The notes: generated from the letters alone by a model not told the origin. 64,000 bases of DNA from Escherichia coli (GCF_046105845.1 NZ_CP151004.1), one strand, 5' to 3'; counted from the first letter of the stretch, positions 46,123-58,466 are shown. Made by a program: numbers and translations.

Positions 46123-47445
46123 TTACAACGACTGATGTCGTGTCTCATGGGTCAGCAGCAGGGCGATTAAGGTCAAGCCAGCCATCGCCGCCAGATATAA
46201 CCCCACCGCACCTAACCCGTAGTTAGTCTGCAACCAGGCTGCGATATACGGCGCAACGGAAGCCCCGAGAATCGACGCTACGTTGTAAGAGAACGATGCT
46301 CCGGTGTAACGCACTTCTGTCGGGAACAGCTCTGGTAACAGCGCGCCCATCGGCCCGAAGGTCAGTCCCATCAGACTTAACCCCAGCAGCAGGAAGGCAA
46401 AAACCAGAATCGGGTTGCCAGAACCGAGCAGAGGGTTAAAGGCGAACAGCGCGAACAGGATGATCAGCGTGGTGATGATTACCATGCTTTTACGGCGACC
46501 AAAGGCATCAGCCAGTAATCCGGCGACTGGCACCATCACGCCAAAACCAATCACTGCCATCATCAGCATCCACAATACTTCGTTACGCGGCAGGCCAAGC
46601 CCAACTGGCGCGGCGGCGGTACTAAAGGTCATAGAGTAGACCGTCATGATGTAAAACAGCGTATAGGTTGCCAGCATGATGAAGGTACCGAGCACCGTGA
46701 CGCGTACGTGTTTGGTCAGCAGCGTACCCAGCGGGATCTTCACCTGCTTTTTCGCTTTAGCGACTTTCTCAAACACCGGCGACTCATGCAGCGACACGCG
46801 AACATACAGGCCGATAATGACCAGCACCGCCGAGAAGATAAACGGCACGCGCCAACCCCAGCTCATAAACTGCTCGTCGGTCAGTAGCCAGGAAAGCAGT
46901 AAGAAAGTGCCGTTGGCAAAGAAGAAGCCAATCGGTGCGCCCAGCTGCGGGAAGGAGCCGTACAATGCACGTTTGCGCGGTGGGGCGTTTTCAGTCGCCA
47001 GCAGCGCCGCGCCGCCCCATTCACCGCCTAAGCCCAGACCCTGACCAAATCGAGCCAGTGCCAGCAGCAGCGGGGCGAAAATACCAATCGTGGCATAGCC
47101 CGGCAGCAGACCAATCACCACGGTCGAAATCCCCATCGTTAGCAACGAGGCGACCAGCGTCGCTTTACGCCCAACACGATCGCCAAAATGACCAAAGACG
47201 GCAGAGCCAATAGGGCGCGCGACGAAGGCGATGGCGAAAGTGGCAAGCGACTGTAGCGTTGCTGCCGTAGGATCGCCCTGCGGGAAGAAGATATGCGGAA
47301 ACACAATAACGGCCGCAGTGGCGTAAATATAAAAGTCGAAGAACTCAATGGCCGTGCCAATGAGAGAGGCGACAAGGACTTTATTACGCGAGTTGATCGG
47401 CGTGTATTCTTGCTCGTGGTCGAGTGTTGTGGCTGTTGCTTGCAT
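46123..47445 (-). CDS. yhjE: MFS transporter (metabolite:H+ symporter family), 440 aa
   Basis: 440-aa multi-TM ORF recognised as YhjE. Confidence 0.92.
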   Translation of the reverse strand: MQATATTLDHEQEYTPINSRNKVLVASLIGTAIEFFDFYIYATAAVIVFPHIFFPQGDPTAATLQSLATFAIAFVARPIGSAVFGHFGDRVGRKATLVASLLTMGISTVVIGLLPGYATIGIFAPLLLALARFGQGLGLGGEWGGAALLATENAPPRKRALYGSFPQLGAPIGFFFANGTFLLLSWLLTDEQFMSWGWRVPFIFSAVLVIIGLYVRVSLHESPVFEKVAKAKKQVKIPLGTLLTKHVRVTVLGTFIMLATYTLFYIMTVYSMTFSTAAAPVGLGLPRNEVLWMLMMAVIGFGVMVPVAGLLADAFGRRKSMVIITTLIILFALFAFNPLLGSGNPILVFAFLLLGLSLMGLTFGPMGALLPELFPTEVRYTGASFSYNVASILGASVAPYIAAWLQTNYGLGAVGLYLAAMAGLTLIALLLTHETRHQSL

Positions 47446-47760
47446 AATCTTTTCTTATTTTTTGGCTAACGAATAGCCATATTACGCACAGCAAAAGTGA
47501 TATTTCAATGTGTAACAAATCGCGGAAATAGTCAAAAATCAGGCAAAAAGGGGATAATGTTTAGGCCAGTGATTTTTCTTCTATGAAATGCTTCACATAA
47601 TTTTATAAATGGTGGATAAAACTGGTTTCAGGTTAAATAAAAGTTACCAACTGGATTTATATGCTGGGGTTATGAGTTGGAATGAAATTGTTTGCTCCTG
47701 AAGAGATGTAGTTTCAGGTGGTTATGTGCATGTCATTGCCTGGTCTCTGGCTGGCTTGTA

Positions 47761-47799
47761 CCCCCTCACCCTAATCCTCTCCCCGAAGGGGCGAGGGGA
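47761..47799 (+). repeat. GC-rich palindromic intergenic repeat, copy C
   Basis: CCCCCTCACCCTAATCCTCTCCCCGAAGGGGCGAGGGGA, ~90% identical to copy A. Confidence 0.7.
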
Positions 47800-47836
47800 T
47801 CGACCGTGCGTTTATCAGGCATTATAAACCAATGAA

Positions 47837-48850
47837 TTACCGCTGCGTTTTCCCCGGCATTCGCGGGTCGTCTTTATATTCGGCGGTGGCAATCCACGCC
47901 GCGCAAAACAGCGTCAAACGGGCGAAGAAGTAGAAAAACGCCATCAGCCCCAGCACGGAACCAAATGCTGCGCCAGAGGGGGATTTCATCAGCGATGGCA
48001 GGGTGTAGGTCATCACGATTTTAATCACTTCAAAACCAATCGCAGCCAGAAATGTTCCGCGAATCAGGGCTTTTTTGCGCGGACGGTGGCGCGGTAACCG
48101 CCAGAAGATCCAGAAGAAAAGCAGATAGTTGGCGAAGATGGAAATCGCCAGGCCAATCAACCGCCACGTCGGTTTCAGCCACTCAATGCTGTTCAGGTGC
48201 AGGGCGCTAATAATCATTTGCTGCGCCGAACCGGCAACCGAGGTGATCGAAAGCGTCACAATCAGTGCAATCAACAAACCAATCAGCGAAATAAAATCAC
48301 GCAGATATTTTACCCAGAACTTCTCCTGATCTTGCGGCGAGCGTTCCCAGACATCGCGTGACTGGGCGCGAATCGCTTCACGCAGGTTACCCATCCAGTT
48401 GATGCCGGAATAAAGCGCCACCGCCAGGCCGACAAGCCCTACGGTAGTACGCTGCTGAACGGCGGTGTTAATGGTGTTTTTCAACGTGGCGGCTAGCGTC
48501 GGATCGCTGATGTTTTGCAGAATTTTGTCGAAGATATCCTGTAGCAACATCGGATGGGAGGCCAGCACAAAGCCCCCTGCGGCAAACGACACCATCAAAA
48601 TCGGGATCATCGATAAAAATGAGAAATAGGTGATAGCCGCACCAAACTGGTTACCCAGCCGATCGTTAAAGCGCTCTGTTGCGCGAATCAGGTGCGCAAT
48701 AACCGGTTGGCGTTGGACTTTTTCGGCAGTGGTGGTGACGGTTTCCAGCGCCTGGCTAACTTTGCCGCCTTTCTCGCTATTATCCAACTGCTTAATCGGC
48801 TCGTGCTCCAGATCCTGGGTGGGACGTTTGATCTCGTTTTCCTGCGTCAT
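47837..48850 (-). CDS. yhjD: Inner-membrane protein of the YihY/virulence-factor BrkB family, 337 aa
   Basis: 337-aa ORF recognised as YhjD. Confidence 0.9.
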   Translation of the reverse strand: MTQENEIKRPTQDLEHEPIKQLDNSEKGGKVSQALETVTTTAEKVQRQPVIAHLIRATERFNDRLGNQFGAAITYFSFLSMIPILMVSFAAGGFVLASHPMLLQDIFDKILQNISDPTLAATLKNTINTAVQQRTTVGLVGLAVALYSGINWMGNLREAIRAQSRDVWERSPQDQEKFWVKYLRDFISLIGLLIALIVTLSITSVAGSAQQMIISALHLNSIEWLKPTWRLIGLAISIFANYLLFFWIFWRLPRHRPRKKALIRGTFLAAIGFEVIKIVMTYTLPSLMKSPSGAAFGSVLGLMAFFYFFARLTLFCAAWIATAEYKDDPRMPGKTQR

Positions 48851-48898
48851 CCGCTCTTTTGTCCTTCTGTCGTGGTCATTCTTAAAAAGTATAGTCGG

Positions 48899-49798
48899 TC
48901 AGTCCAGGTGCTCTTTCATTACGCCAGCCAGCCACTGCATAAACAGGTTTACACGCCGGGAAAGCTCCCGACGCTGCGGATAAATCAGCGAAAGGGAGAG
49001 CGGCTCGGCACGGTAGCCAGGCAACACTTCAATAAGCCGCCCGGCACGCAGGGCTTCGCGCACGGCAATGCGCGGGATCTGAATAATCCCCAGACCGGCA
49101 AGACCGGCGGCGAGATAGTTTTCGCGACTGTTTACCGTCAACATGCCGCCAGACTTAAACCACTGGACGCCATTAACGCTGGCAACCTCAAAACCTAACG
49201 GATGTACACCCAGGTGCGGTGTGTAGCGCACTATTGCGTGCGAAGTCAGATCGTCGGGGCTTTGAGGATAACCAAAGCGCGTCAGATAGTGCGGACTGGC
49301 ACAGTTGACCATGGTCAGTTTGCCGAGGGGACGGGCGATAACGCCATTTTCCGGTAACGCGCCAGTGCGTATCACGCAATCAAAACCATCGTGAAGAATA
49401 TCTACCGGACGGTCATGGCTACTCAGCTCCAGCTCAATTCCCGGATGCAGATAGAGAAATTCCGACAGACGCGGCAGTAACAGGCTTTTCGCGATTCCTG
49501 GCGGGATGTCGATGCGTAATTTACCGCTGATACTGGTGGCATCCTGTTGAAACAGACCGTCCAGTTCGTTGAGATTACTCAACACATCTTTTGCCCGTTG
49601 ATAATAGGTCATGCCTTCTGGCGTGAGTTTGACCCGCCGCGTGGTGCGCTGGAGAAGCTGGGTGCCAAGTTGATGTTCCAGTGCCTGTATCTGGCGCGAA
49701 ACACTTCCCTTTGGCAAAGCAAAGAAATCCGCCGCGCGGGAAAAACTTTCCAGCTCCGCGACTTTGATGAACAACTGCATTGCGTGAATTTTATCCAT
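48899..49798 (-). CDS. yhjC: LysR-family transcriptional regulator, 299 aa
   Basis: ORF-track frame 48899..49870 trimmed to ATG at 49798 (MDKIHAMQLFIKVAELESFSRAADFF…, LysR HTH region). Confidence 0.9.
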   Translation of the reverse strand: MDKIHAMQLFIKVAELESFSRAADFFALPKGSVSRQIQALEHQLGTQLLQRTTRRVKLTPEGMTYYQRAKDVLSNLNELDGLFQQDATSISGKLRIDIPPGIAKSLLLPRLSEFLYLHPGIELELSSHDRPVDILHDGFDCVIRTGALPENGVIARPLGKLTMVNCASPHYLTRFGYPQSPDDLTSHAIVRYTPHLGVHPLGFEVASVNGVQWFKSGGMLTVNSRENYLAAGLAGLGIIQIPRIAVREALRAGRLIEVLPGYRAEPLSLSLIYPQRRELSRRVNLFMQWLAGVMKEHLD

Positions 49799-50316
49799 TT
49801 CTTTGACCGATTGTTGTTCACAGCGAAACAGTAACGCGCATATCGCATTGTTTATTGTTTTTTCTAACATCTAATGCCGGGTTTCACAATGTTGTCATGA
49901 CGAATGTAGCGATTTCTCAGCAGGAAAATGGCGGAATAGCTTTATGAGAAGGTGAATCCCCTTAAACAGAGCGTATTTTTCAGCGATTCCCTTTAAAGTG
50001 AACAGAGGACGTATTGGCTATTTGTGCTTATTTTTGTCTCATTGCCATTTGTTATTTTTGCTTGTGGTCGCGGAGTTTCATTTTTAATTGCATGCGTACT
50101 AACCATCAATATAAGGAAATCCTCAAAATTGTTTTAAATAGTGCCCTCGACATGTAATTTCAGGCGTTTAGCTGTAACTATTTATATCGGTAACTATTTT
50201 CTACGCGTCATCTCTGTAGAATGGCTACCGCCAAATGGCGAATTCTTATTTTTTCTCGCGGGTAATACCCTTCCACTACTTAAGTCTTTTTAACGTATTC
50301 AGGTGGAGATTCAGTT

Positions 50317-50919
50317 ATGCAAATAGTCATGTTTGACAGGCAGTCAATATTTATTCATGGAATGAAAATCAGTTTACAGCAGCGTATTCCAGGAGTGAGT
50401 ATTCAGGGGGCCAGTCAGGCAGATGAGTTATGGCAAAAGCTGGAAAGTTACCCTGAAGCCTTAGTGATGCTCGATGGCGATCAGGATGGTGAGTTTTGCT
50501 ACTGGTTGCTGCAAAAAACCGTGGTGCAATTTCCTGAGATTAAGGTGTTAATCACGGCGACGGATTGCAATAAACGGTGGTTACAGGAAGTTATCCATTT
50601 TAATGTGCTGGCCATTGTGCCTCGTGATTCAACCGTTGAGACATTTGCGTTGGCGGTAAATAGTGCGGCGATGGGGATGATGTTTCTGCCGGGAGACTGG
50701 CGAACGACGCCGGAAAAGGACATTAAAGATCTCAAATCGTTAAGCGCCCGCCAGCGGGAGATTTTAACCATGTTAGCGGCGGGCGAATCAAATAAGGAGA
50801 TCGGCAGGGCGCTGAATATCAGTACCGGAACGGTAAAAGCGCATCTGGAATCCCTGTATCGCCGTCTGGAAGTGAAAAATCGCACCCAGGCGGCAATGAT
50901 GTTAAATATCTCCTCCTGA
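50317..50919 (+). CDS. yhjB: LuxR/FixJ-family response-regulator-like protein, 200 aa
   Basis: 200-aa ORF with C-terminal LuxR-type HTH (…LSARQREILTMLAAGESNKEIGRALNISTGTVKAHL…). Confidence 0.9.
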   Translation: MQIVMFDRQSIFIHGMKISLQQRIPGVSIQGASQADELWQKLESYPEALVMLDGDQDGEFCYWLLQKTVVQFPEIKVLITATDCNKRWLQEVIHFNVLAIVPRDSTVETFALAVNSAAMGMMFLPGDWRTTPEKDIKDLKSLSARQREILTMLAAGESNKEIGRALNISTGTVKAHLESLYRRLEVKNRTQAAMMLNISS

Positions 50920-50930
50920 AGAGGATAATT

Positions 50931-50967
50931 TTACAGCCAGCAGGAAGTTAGCGGCTGGCTGTAAAAA
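50931..50967. terminator. Bidirectional hairpin terminator between convergent yhjB and treF
   Basis: TTACAGCCAGC…GCTGGCTGTAA perfect 11-bp inverted repeat flanked by A/T runs. Confidence 0.6.
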
Positions 50968-50969
50968 TA

Positions 50970-52649
<1,680 letters not shown>

Positions 52650-52905
52650 TTATCGGGCTTTTCTTTAAGGGTAGTCATTCGCTCCGCCTGGTGGGCGACA
52701 AAGCGTGCGGTGGATCACGTTTATTAACCTGTCAAAAAATATAACGCACTAATATCCATGGAATTTATAAAAATACAGATTTCGTGTTGTTTTTCATTTT
52801 CAGAACATTCAATCCTACTCTCGCCGCAATCATGATATGCCATTCCTGATCTGGATAATAGGCATAGGCTATCTTATTGATAGTTTATATTCATGTAATT
52901 GATTG

Positions 52906-52919
52906 ATTCCTATCAAAAA
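52906..52919 (+). promoter_or_regulatory. Candidate FNR box upstream of yhjA
   Basis: TTGAT-TCCT-ATCAA is a perfect match to the FNR consensus TTGAT-N4-ATCAA, ~110 bp upstream of the yhjA ATG. Confidence 0.5.
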
Positions 52920-53023
52920 GCGTATCTCCCTGTTTTTTATGATGGCTTTGTCTCGCAGAGACGTTTGCAGCATTCTGGAAAATTTTCTGGGTCACAATAA
53001 CTCACCACCGTGAGGGAAGAATA

Positions 53024-54421
53024 ATGAAAATGGTCTCACGTATTACCGCGATCGGCCTGGCTGGCGTCGCGATTTGCTATTTAGGGTTATCTGGTTATGT
53101 GTGGTACCACGATAATAAACGCAGTAAACAGGCTGATGTTCAGGCATCTGCTGTCAGTGAAAATAATCAGGTTTTAGGCTTTCTCCGCGAAAAAGGATGC
53201 GACTATTGCCACACGCCTTCGGCAGAATTACCCGCCTATTATTATATTCCTGGCGCGAAACAGTTGATGGATTACGACATTAAGCTCGGATATAAATCTT
53301 TTAACCTCGAGGCCGTGCGTGCGGCTCTGCTGGCTGATAAACCTGTTTCGCAAAGCGATCTGAATAAGATTGAATGGGTGATGCAGTATGAAACTATGCC
53401 ACCAACGCGTTATACCGCGCTACACTGGGCGGGTAAGGTGAGTGATGAAGAGCGGGCGGAAATACTGGCCTGGATTGCAAAACAGCGCGCAGAATATTAC
53501 GCCAGTAATGATACTGCTCCGGAGCATCGCAATGAACCGGTGCAGCCCATCCCGCAAAAACTGCCTACCGATGCGCAAAAAGTGGCGTTGGGCTTTGCGC
53601 TGTATCACGATCCCCGTTTATCGGCTGATAGCACCATTTCATGCGCTCATTGCCATGCGTTGAATGCGGGGGGCGTCGATGGCAGAAAAACATCGATTGG
53701 TGTTGGTGGCGCAGTTGGGCCGATTAACGCGCCGACGGTATTTAACTCAGTATTTAACGTTGAGCAGTTCTGGGATGGTCGTGCGGCAACATTGCAGGAT
53801 CAGGCTGGTGGACCGCCGTTGAACCCGATTGAAATGGCGTCGAAATCCTGGGACGAAATTATTGCTAAGCTGGAAAAAGATCCGCAGCTTAAAGCTCAGT
53901 TCCTCGAAGTCTATCCGCAAGGTTTCAGTGGCGAAAATATTACTGATGCCATTGCTGAATTTGAGAAAACATTAATTACGCCGGATTCCCCATTTGATAA
54001 ATGGTTGCGTGGAGATGAGAATGCGCTGACGGCACAACAGAAAAAAGGCTATCAATTATTTAAAGATAATAAATGTGCAACTTGTCATGGTGGTATTATT
54101 CTCGGCGGACGTTCCTTCGAACCGTTGGGGCTGAAAAAAGACTTTAATTTTGGTGAAATTACGGCGGCGGATATTGGTCGTATGAATGTGACTAAAGAAG
54201 AGCGCGATAAATTGCGTCAGAAAGTACCCGGTTTACGTAACGTTGCACTAACGGCACCGTACTTCCATCGCGGTGATGTGCCGACGCTGGACGGGGCGGT
54301 GAAACTGATGTTGCGCTATCAGGTAGGCAAAGAGCTGCCGCAGGAGGATGTGGATGATATCGTAGCTTTCCTGCACAGTCTGAACGGGGTTTACACGCCG
54401 TATATGCAGGATAAACAATAA
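53024..54421 (+). CDS. yhjA: Di-haem cytochrome c peroxidase, 465 aa
   Basis: 465-aa ORF with haem-binding motifs CxxCH (CDYCH, CAHCH, CATCH); recognised as YhjA/Ccp. Confidence 0.93.
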   Translation: MKMVSRITAIGLAGVAICYLGLSGYVWYHDNKRSKQADVQASAVSENNQVLGFLREKGCDYCHTPSAELPAYYYIPGAKQLMDYDIKLGYKSFNLEAVRAALLADKPVSQSDLNKIEWVMQYETMPPTRYTALHWAGKVSDEERAEILAWIAKQRAEYYASNDTAPEHRNEPVQPIPQKLPTDAQKVALGFALYHDPRLSADSTISCAHCHALNAGGVDGRKTSIGVGGAVGPINAPTVFNSVFNVEQFWDGRAATLQDQAGGPPLNPIEMASKSWDEIIAKLEKDPQLKAQFLEVYPQGFSGENITDAIAEFEKTLITPDSPFDKWLRGDENALTAQQKKGYQLFKDNKCATCHGGIILGGRSFEPLGLKKDFNFGEITAADIGRMNVTKEERDKLRQKVPGLRNVALTAPYFHRGDVPTLDGAVKLMLRYQVGKELPQEDVDDIVAFLHSLNGVYTPYMQDKQ

Positions 54422-54431
54422 TTAATTTAAT

Positions 54432-54462
54432 CGCCCGAACAGGAATGTTCGGGTGATTTTTA
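54432..54462 (+). terminator. Rho-independent terminator of yhjA
   Basis: CCCGAACA-GGAA-TGTTCGGG hairpin followed by TGATTTTTA. Confidence 0.7.
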
Positions 54463-54532
54463 TTGCGATAATAAAGTCTGTTTTTAATATTATCATGTTA
54501 AATGTTTATATTATAAAAAGTCGTTTTTCTGC

Positions 54533-54552
54533 TTAGGATTTTGTTATTTAAA
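54533..54552 (+). promoter_or_regulatory. GAD box (GadE binding site) in the gadA promoter
   Basis: TTAGGATTTTGTTATTTAAA matches the recalled 20-bp GAD box, ~80 bp upstream of the gadA ATG. Confidence 0.65.
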
Positions 54553-54631
54553 TTAAGCCTGTAATGCCTTGCTTCCATTGCGGATAAATCCTACTTTTTT
54601 ATTGCCTTCAAATAAATTTAAGGAGTTCGAA

Positions 54632-56032
54632 ATGGACCAGAAGCTGTTAACGGATTTCCGCTCAGAACTACTCGATTCACGTTTTGGCGCAAAGGCCATT
54701 TCTACTATCGCGGAGTCAAAACGATTTCCGCTGCATGAAATGCGCGATGATGTCGCATTCCAGATTATCAATGATGAATTATATCTTGATGGCAACGCTC
54801 GTCAGAACCTGGCCACTTTCTGCCAGACCTGGGACGACGAAAATGTCCACAAGTTGATGGATTTATCCATTAACAAAAACTGGATCGACAAAGAAGAATA
54901 TCCGCAATCTGCAGCCATCGACCTGCGTTGCGTAAACATGGTTGCCGATCTGTGGCATGCGCCTGCGCCGAAAAATGGTCAGGCCGTTGGCACCAACACC
55001 ATTGGTTCTTCCGAGGCCTGTATGCTCGGCGGGATGGCGATGAAATGGCGTTGGCGCAAGCGTATGGAAGCTGCAGGCAAACCGACCAACAAACCAAACC
55101 TGGTGTGCGGTCCGGTACAAATCTGCTGGCATAAATTCGCCCGCTACTGGGATGTGGAGCTGCGTGAGATCCCTATGCGCCCCGGTCAGTTGTTTATGGA
55201 CCCGAAACGCATGATTGAAGCCTGCGACGAAAACACCATCGGCGTGGTGCCGACTTTCGGCGTGACCTACACCGGTAACTATGAGTTCCCGCAACCGCTG
55301 CACGATGCGCTGGATAAATTCCAGGCCGACACCGGTATCGACATCGACATGCACATCGACGCCGCCAGCGGTGGCTTCCTGGCACCGTTCGTCGCCCCGG
55401 ATATCGTCTGGGACTTCCGCCTGCCGCGTGTGAAATCGATCAGTGCTTCAGGCCATAAATTCGGTCTGGCTCCGCTGGGCTGCGGCTGGGTTATCTGGCG
55501 TGATGAAGAAGCGCTGCCGCAGGAACTGGTGTTCAACGTTGACTATCTCGGTGGTCAGATAGGGACTTTCGCCATCAACTTCTCCCGCCCGGCGGGTCAG
55601 GTAATTGCACAGTACTATGAATTCCTGCGCCTCGGTCGTGAAGGCTATACCAAAGTACAGAACGCCTCTTACCAGGTTGCCGCTTATCTGGCGGATGAAA
55701 TCGCCAAACTGGGGCCGTATGAGTTCATCTGTACCGGTCGCCCGGACGAAGGCATCCCGGCGGTTTGCTTCAAACTGAAAGATGGTGAAGATCCGGGATA
55801 CACCCTCTACGACCTCTCTGAACGTCTGCGTCTGCGCGGCTGGCAGGTTCCGGCCTTCACTCTCGGCGGTGAAGCCACCGACATCGTGGTGATGCGCATT
55901 ATGTGTCGTCGCGGCTTCGAAATGGACTTTGCTGAACTGTTGCTGGAAGACTACAAAGCCTCCCTGAAATATCTCAGCGATCACCCGAAACTGCAGGGTA
56001 TTGCCCAGCAGAACAGCTTTAAACACACCTGA
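54632..56032 (+). CDS. gadA: Glutamate decarboxylase alpha (PLP-dependent), 466 aa
   Basis: ORF-track frame 54569..56032 trimmed to ATG at 54632 ([23 protein letters not shown]…); AGGAG RBS; adjacent to gadX, so gadA rather than gadB. Confidence 0.96.
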   Translation: MDQKLLTDFRSELLDSRFGAKAISTIAESKRFPLHEMRDDVAFQIINDELYLDGNARQNLATFCQTWDDENVHKLMDLSINKNWIDKEEYPQSAAIDLRCVNMVADLWHAPAPKNGQAVGTNTIGSSEACMLGGMAMKWRWRKRMEAAGKPTNKPNLVCGPVQICWHKFARYWDVELREIPMRPGQLFMDPKRMIEACDENTIGVVPTFGVTYTGNYEFPQPLHDALDKFQADTGIDIDMHIDAASGGFLAPFVAPDIVWDFRLPRVKSISASGHKFGLAPLGCGWVIWRDEEALPQELVFNVDYLGGQIGTFAINFSRPAGQVIAQYYEFLRLGREGYTKVQNASYQVAAYLADEIAKLGPYEFICTGRPDEGIPAVCFKLKDGEDPGYTLYDLSERLRLRGWQVPAFTLGGEATDIVVMRIMCRRGFEMDFAELLLEDYKASLKYLSDHPKLQGIAQQNSFKHT

Positions 56033-56050
56033 TAACATAACGTTGTAAAA

Positions 56051-56098
56051 ACCGAATGCCCAACCTTTAAAAAACAGTTGGGCATTCGGTTGCTTATT
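56051..56098 (+). terminator. Hairpin terminator downstream of gadA
   Basis: ACCGAATGCCCAAC…GTTGGGCATTCGGT perfect 14-bp inverted repeat followed by TGCTTATT. Confidence 0.65.
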
Positions 56099-56400
56099 AA
56101 TCGCAATAATATATTGGCTGTCTATTCATCGTGTTGATAAGATATATGTTATATGAATGTTTATTAAATGTAGCAATTATATTTAATGTAACAAAAAGGG
56201 ATTATTTGCTTACTATTAATTTCCCTGCGTTCTTATACACGTTTTTGTATTATAAATCCAGTCATCCTGCCCGTAGAACATCACACATTATCATCCTGTT
56301 TTCCCGCTTCGTTTAAATTTATTTATCAATCAATTTGACTTAAGAGGGCGGCGTGCTACATTAATAAACAGTAATATGTTTATGTAATATTAAGCCAACT

Positions 56401-57225
56401 ATGCAATCACTACATGGGAATTGTCTAATTGCGTACGCAAGACATAAATATATTCTCACCATGGTTAATGGTGAATATCGCTATTTTAATGGCGGTGATC
56501 TGGTTTTTGCGGATGCAAGCCAAATTCAAGTGGATAAGTGTGTTGAGAATTTCGTATTAGTTTCAAGAGACACGCTTTCATTATTTCTCCCGATGCTCAA
56601 GGAGGAGGCATTAAAACTTCATGCACATAAAAAAGTTCCTGCATTACTCGTTCATCACTGTACCAGAGATATTCCTGTTTTTCAGGAAGTTGCGCAACTA
56701 TCGCAGAATAAGAATCTTCGCTATGCAGAAATGCTACGTAAAAGGGCATTAATCTTTGCGTTGTTATCTGTTTTTCTTGAGGATACGCAGTTTATACCGT
56801 TACTTCTGAACGTGTTGCAACCGAACATGCGAACACGAGTTTGTACGGTCATCAATAATAATATCGCCCATGAGTGGACATTAGCCCGAATCGCTAGCGA
56901 ATTGTTGATGAGTCCAAGCCTGTTAAAGAAAAAATTGCGCGAAGAAGGTACGTCATATTCACAGTTGCTTACTGAGTGTAGAATGCAGCGTGCTTTACAA
57001 CTTATTGTTATATATGGTGTTTCAATTAAGCGAGTTGCAGTATCCTGTGGATATCACAGCGTGTCGTATTTCATTTACGTTTTTCGAAATTATTATGGGA
57101 TGACGCCCACAGAGTATCAGGAGCGATCGGCGCAGGAATTACCGAACTGTGGCTCGGCGGCAAGTATGGCTGCGCAAGGGAATTTTTACGGCACTGACCG
57201 TTCTGCGGAAGGAATAAGATTATAG
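56401..57225 (+). CDS. gadX: AraC-family acid-resistance regulator, 274 aa
   Basis: 274-aa ORF with C-terminal AraC HTH, recognised as GadX. Confidence 0.95.
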   Translation: MQSLHGNCLIAYARHKYILTMVNGEYRYFNGGDLVFADASQIQVDKCVENFVLVSRDTLSLFLPMLKEEALKLHAHKKVPALLVHHCTRDIPVFQEVAQLSQNKNLRYAEMLRKRALIFALLSVFLEDTQFIPLLLNVLQPNMRTRVCTVINNNIAHEWTLARIASELLMSPSLLKKKLREEGTSYSQLLTECRMQRALQLIVIYGVSIKRVAVSCGYHSVSYFIYVFRNYYGMTPTEYQERSAQELPNCGSAASMAAQGNFYGTDRSAEGIRL

Positions 57226-57241
57226 AGTTTTACTCAGACAT

Positions 57242-57347
57242 AAAAAAAACCCGGCATAGGGGACCGGGAAGAGGATAGTCTGCCGTCTCCAGACTAATAA
57301 ACCGTTATAACACTCCCTGTTGGCACGGGAAACTTTGTGCTCTCAGT
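57242..57347 (-). ncRNA. gadY: GadY small RNA (antisense to the gadX 3' UTR)
   Basis: Minus-strand sequence ACTGAGAGCACAAAGTTTCCCGTGCCAACAGGGAGTGTTATAACGGTTTATTAGTCTGGAGACGGCAGACTATCCTCTTCCCGGTCCCCTATGCCGGGTTTTTTTT matches recalled GadY and ends in a hairpin plus U8 terminator. Confidence 0.85.
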
Positions 57348-57593
57348 AAGTTAAATATAACTTTTACTGGAAATAAGATCAGCCATTTTTTTATAAACAT
57401 AAGCTATACGCTGTGCGAAAATATATTCGTGCTGCATTTACTTATTATCAATTAACTGTTATGCAAAACTACTTTGTGGATAAATTTTGGTCCTACCAAA
57501 TCTGGCAGTTTTTGCGCTAAGAAACAGTCTGGCATCATTTCATTAGTATACTGAAATTGAAATAATCGCAGTAATGAAATATAAGGGATAGTC

Positions 57594-58322
57594 ATGACTC
57601 ATGTCTGCTCGGTGATCCTCGTTCGTCGTTCATTCGATATTTATCATGAACAGCAAAAAATATCGTTGCACAACGAGAGTATCCTGTTACTGGATAAAAA
57701 TTTGGCAGACGATTTTACGTTTTGTTCACCGGATACGCGACGACTGGATATCGATGAGCTGACAGTTTGCCATTACTTACAAAATATTCGTCAGATACCA
57801 CGCAATTTAGGGTTACATAGCAAAGACCGTCTGTTAATTAACCAGTCACCCCCCATGCCGCTGGTGACGGCGATTTTTGATAGTTTCAATGACTCTGGGG
57901 TAAATTCGCCGATACTGAGCAAAATGCTCTATCTTTCCTGTTTATCGATGTTTTCTCATAAGAAAGAACTGATCCCCTTACTTTTCAATAGTATCAGTAC
58001 TGTTTCAGGAAAAGTTGAACGCCTTATTAGCTTTGATATCGCTAAACGTTGGTATCTGCGCGATATCGCGGAAAGAATGTATACCAGCGAGAGTCTCATC
58101 AAAAAAAAGTTGCAGGATGAAAATACCTGTTTCAGTAAAATATTACTCGCCTCCAGGATGTCGATGGCCAGACGATTACTCGAGTTACGTCAAATTCCTC
58201 TGCATACTATTGCGGAAAAATGTGGCTATAGCAGTACGTCGTACTTTATAAACACATTTCGACAATATTATGGTGTAACGCCACATCAGTTTGCGCAACA
58301 TTCGCCAGGTACCTTTTCCTGA
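57594..58322 (+). CDS. gadW: AraC-family acid-resistance regulator, 242 aa
   Basis: 242-aa ORF with C-terminal AraC HTH, recognised as GadW. Confidence 0.95.
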   Translation: MTHVCSVILVRRSFDIYHEQQKISLHNESILLLDKNLADDFTFCSPDTRRLDIDELTVCHYLQNIRQIPRNLGLHSKDRLLINQSPPMPLVTAIFDSFNDSGVNSPILSKMLYLSCLSMFSHKKELIPLLFNSISTVSGKVERLISFDIAKRWYLRDIAERMYTSESLIKKKLQDENTCFSKILLASRMSMARRLLELRQIPLHTIAEKCGYSSTSYFINTFRQYYGVTPHQFAQHSPGTFS

Positions 58323-58466
58323 CATATTTTGCATTTGAATATTGGTCAGGATCTCACACCTGCTTCATGTGAAACTCTTCCCTGATGATTTCTGCCGGGC
58401 TACCGGCTAGTTCTCTTTCGCAGTTTGCCAGGCGGTATAGGTATTTTCAGGAGGAAAAGACTCGGC

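Noticed and set aside
56131-56316. 61-aa ORF in the AT-rich gadA-gadX intergenic region
   Set aside because: AT-rich promoter region; Ile/Leu/Tyr/Phe-rich translation typical of random AT-rich frames; no RBS
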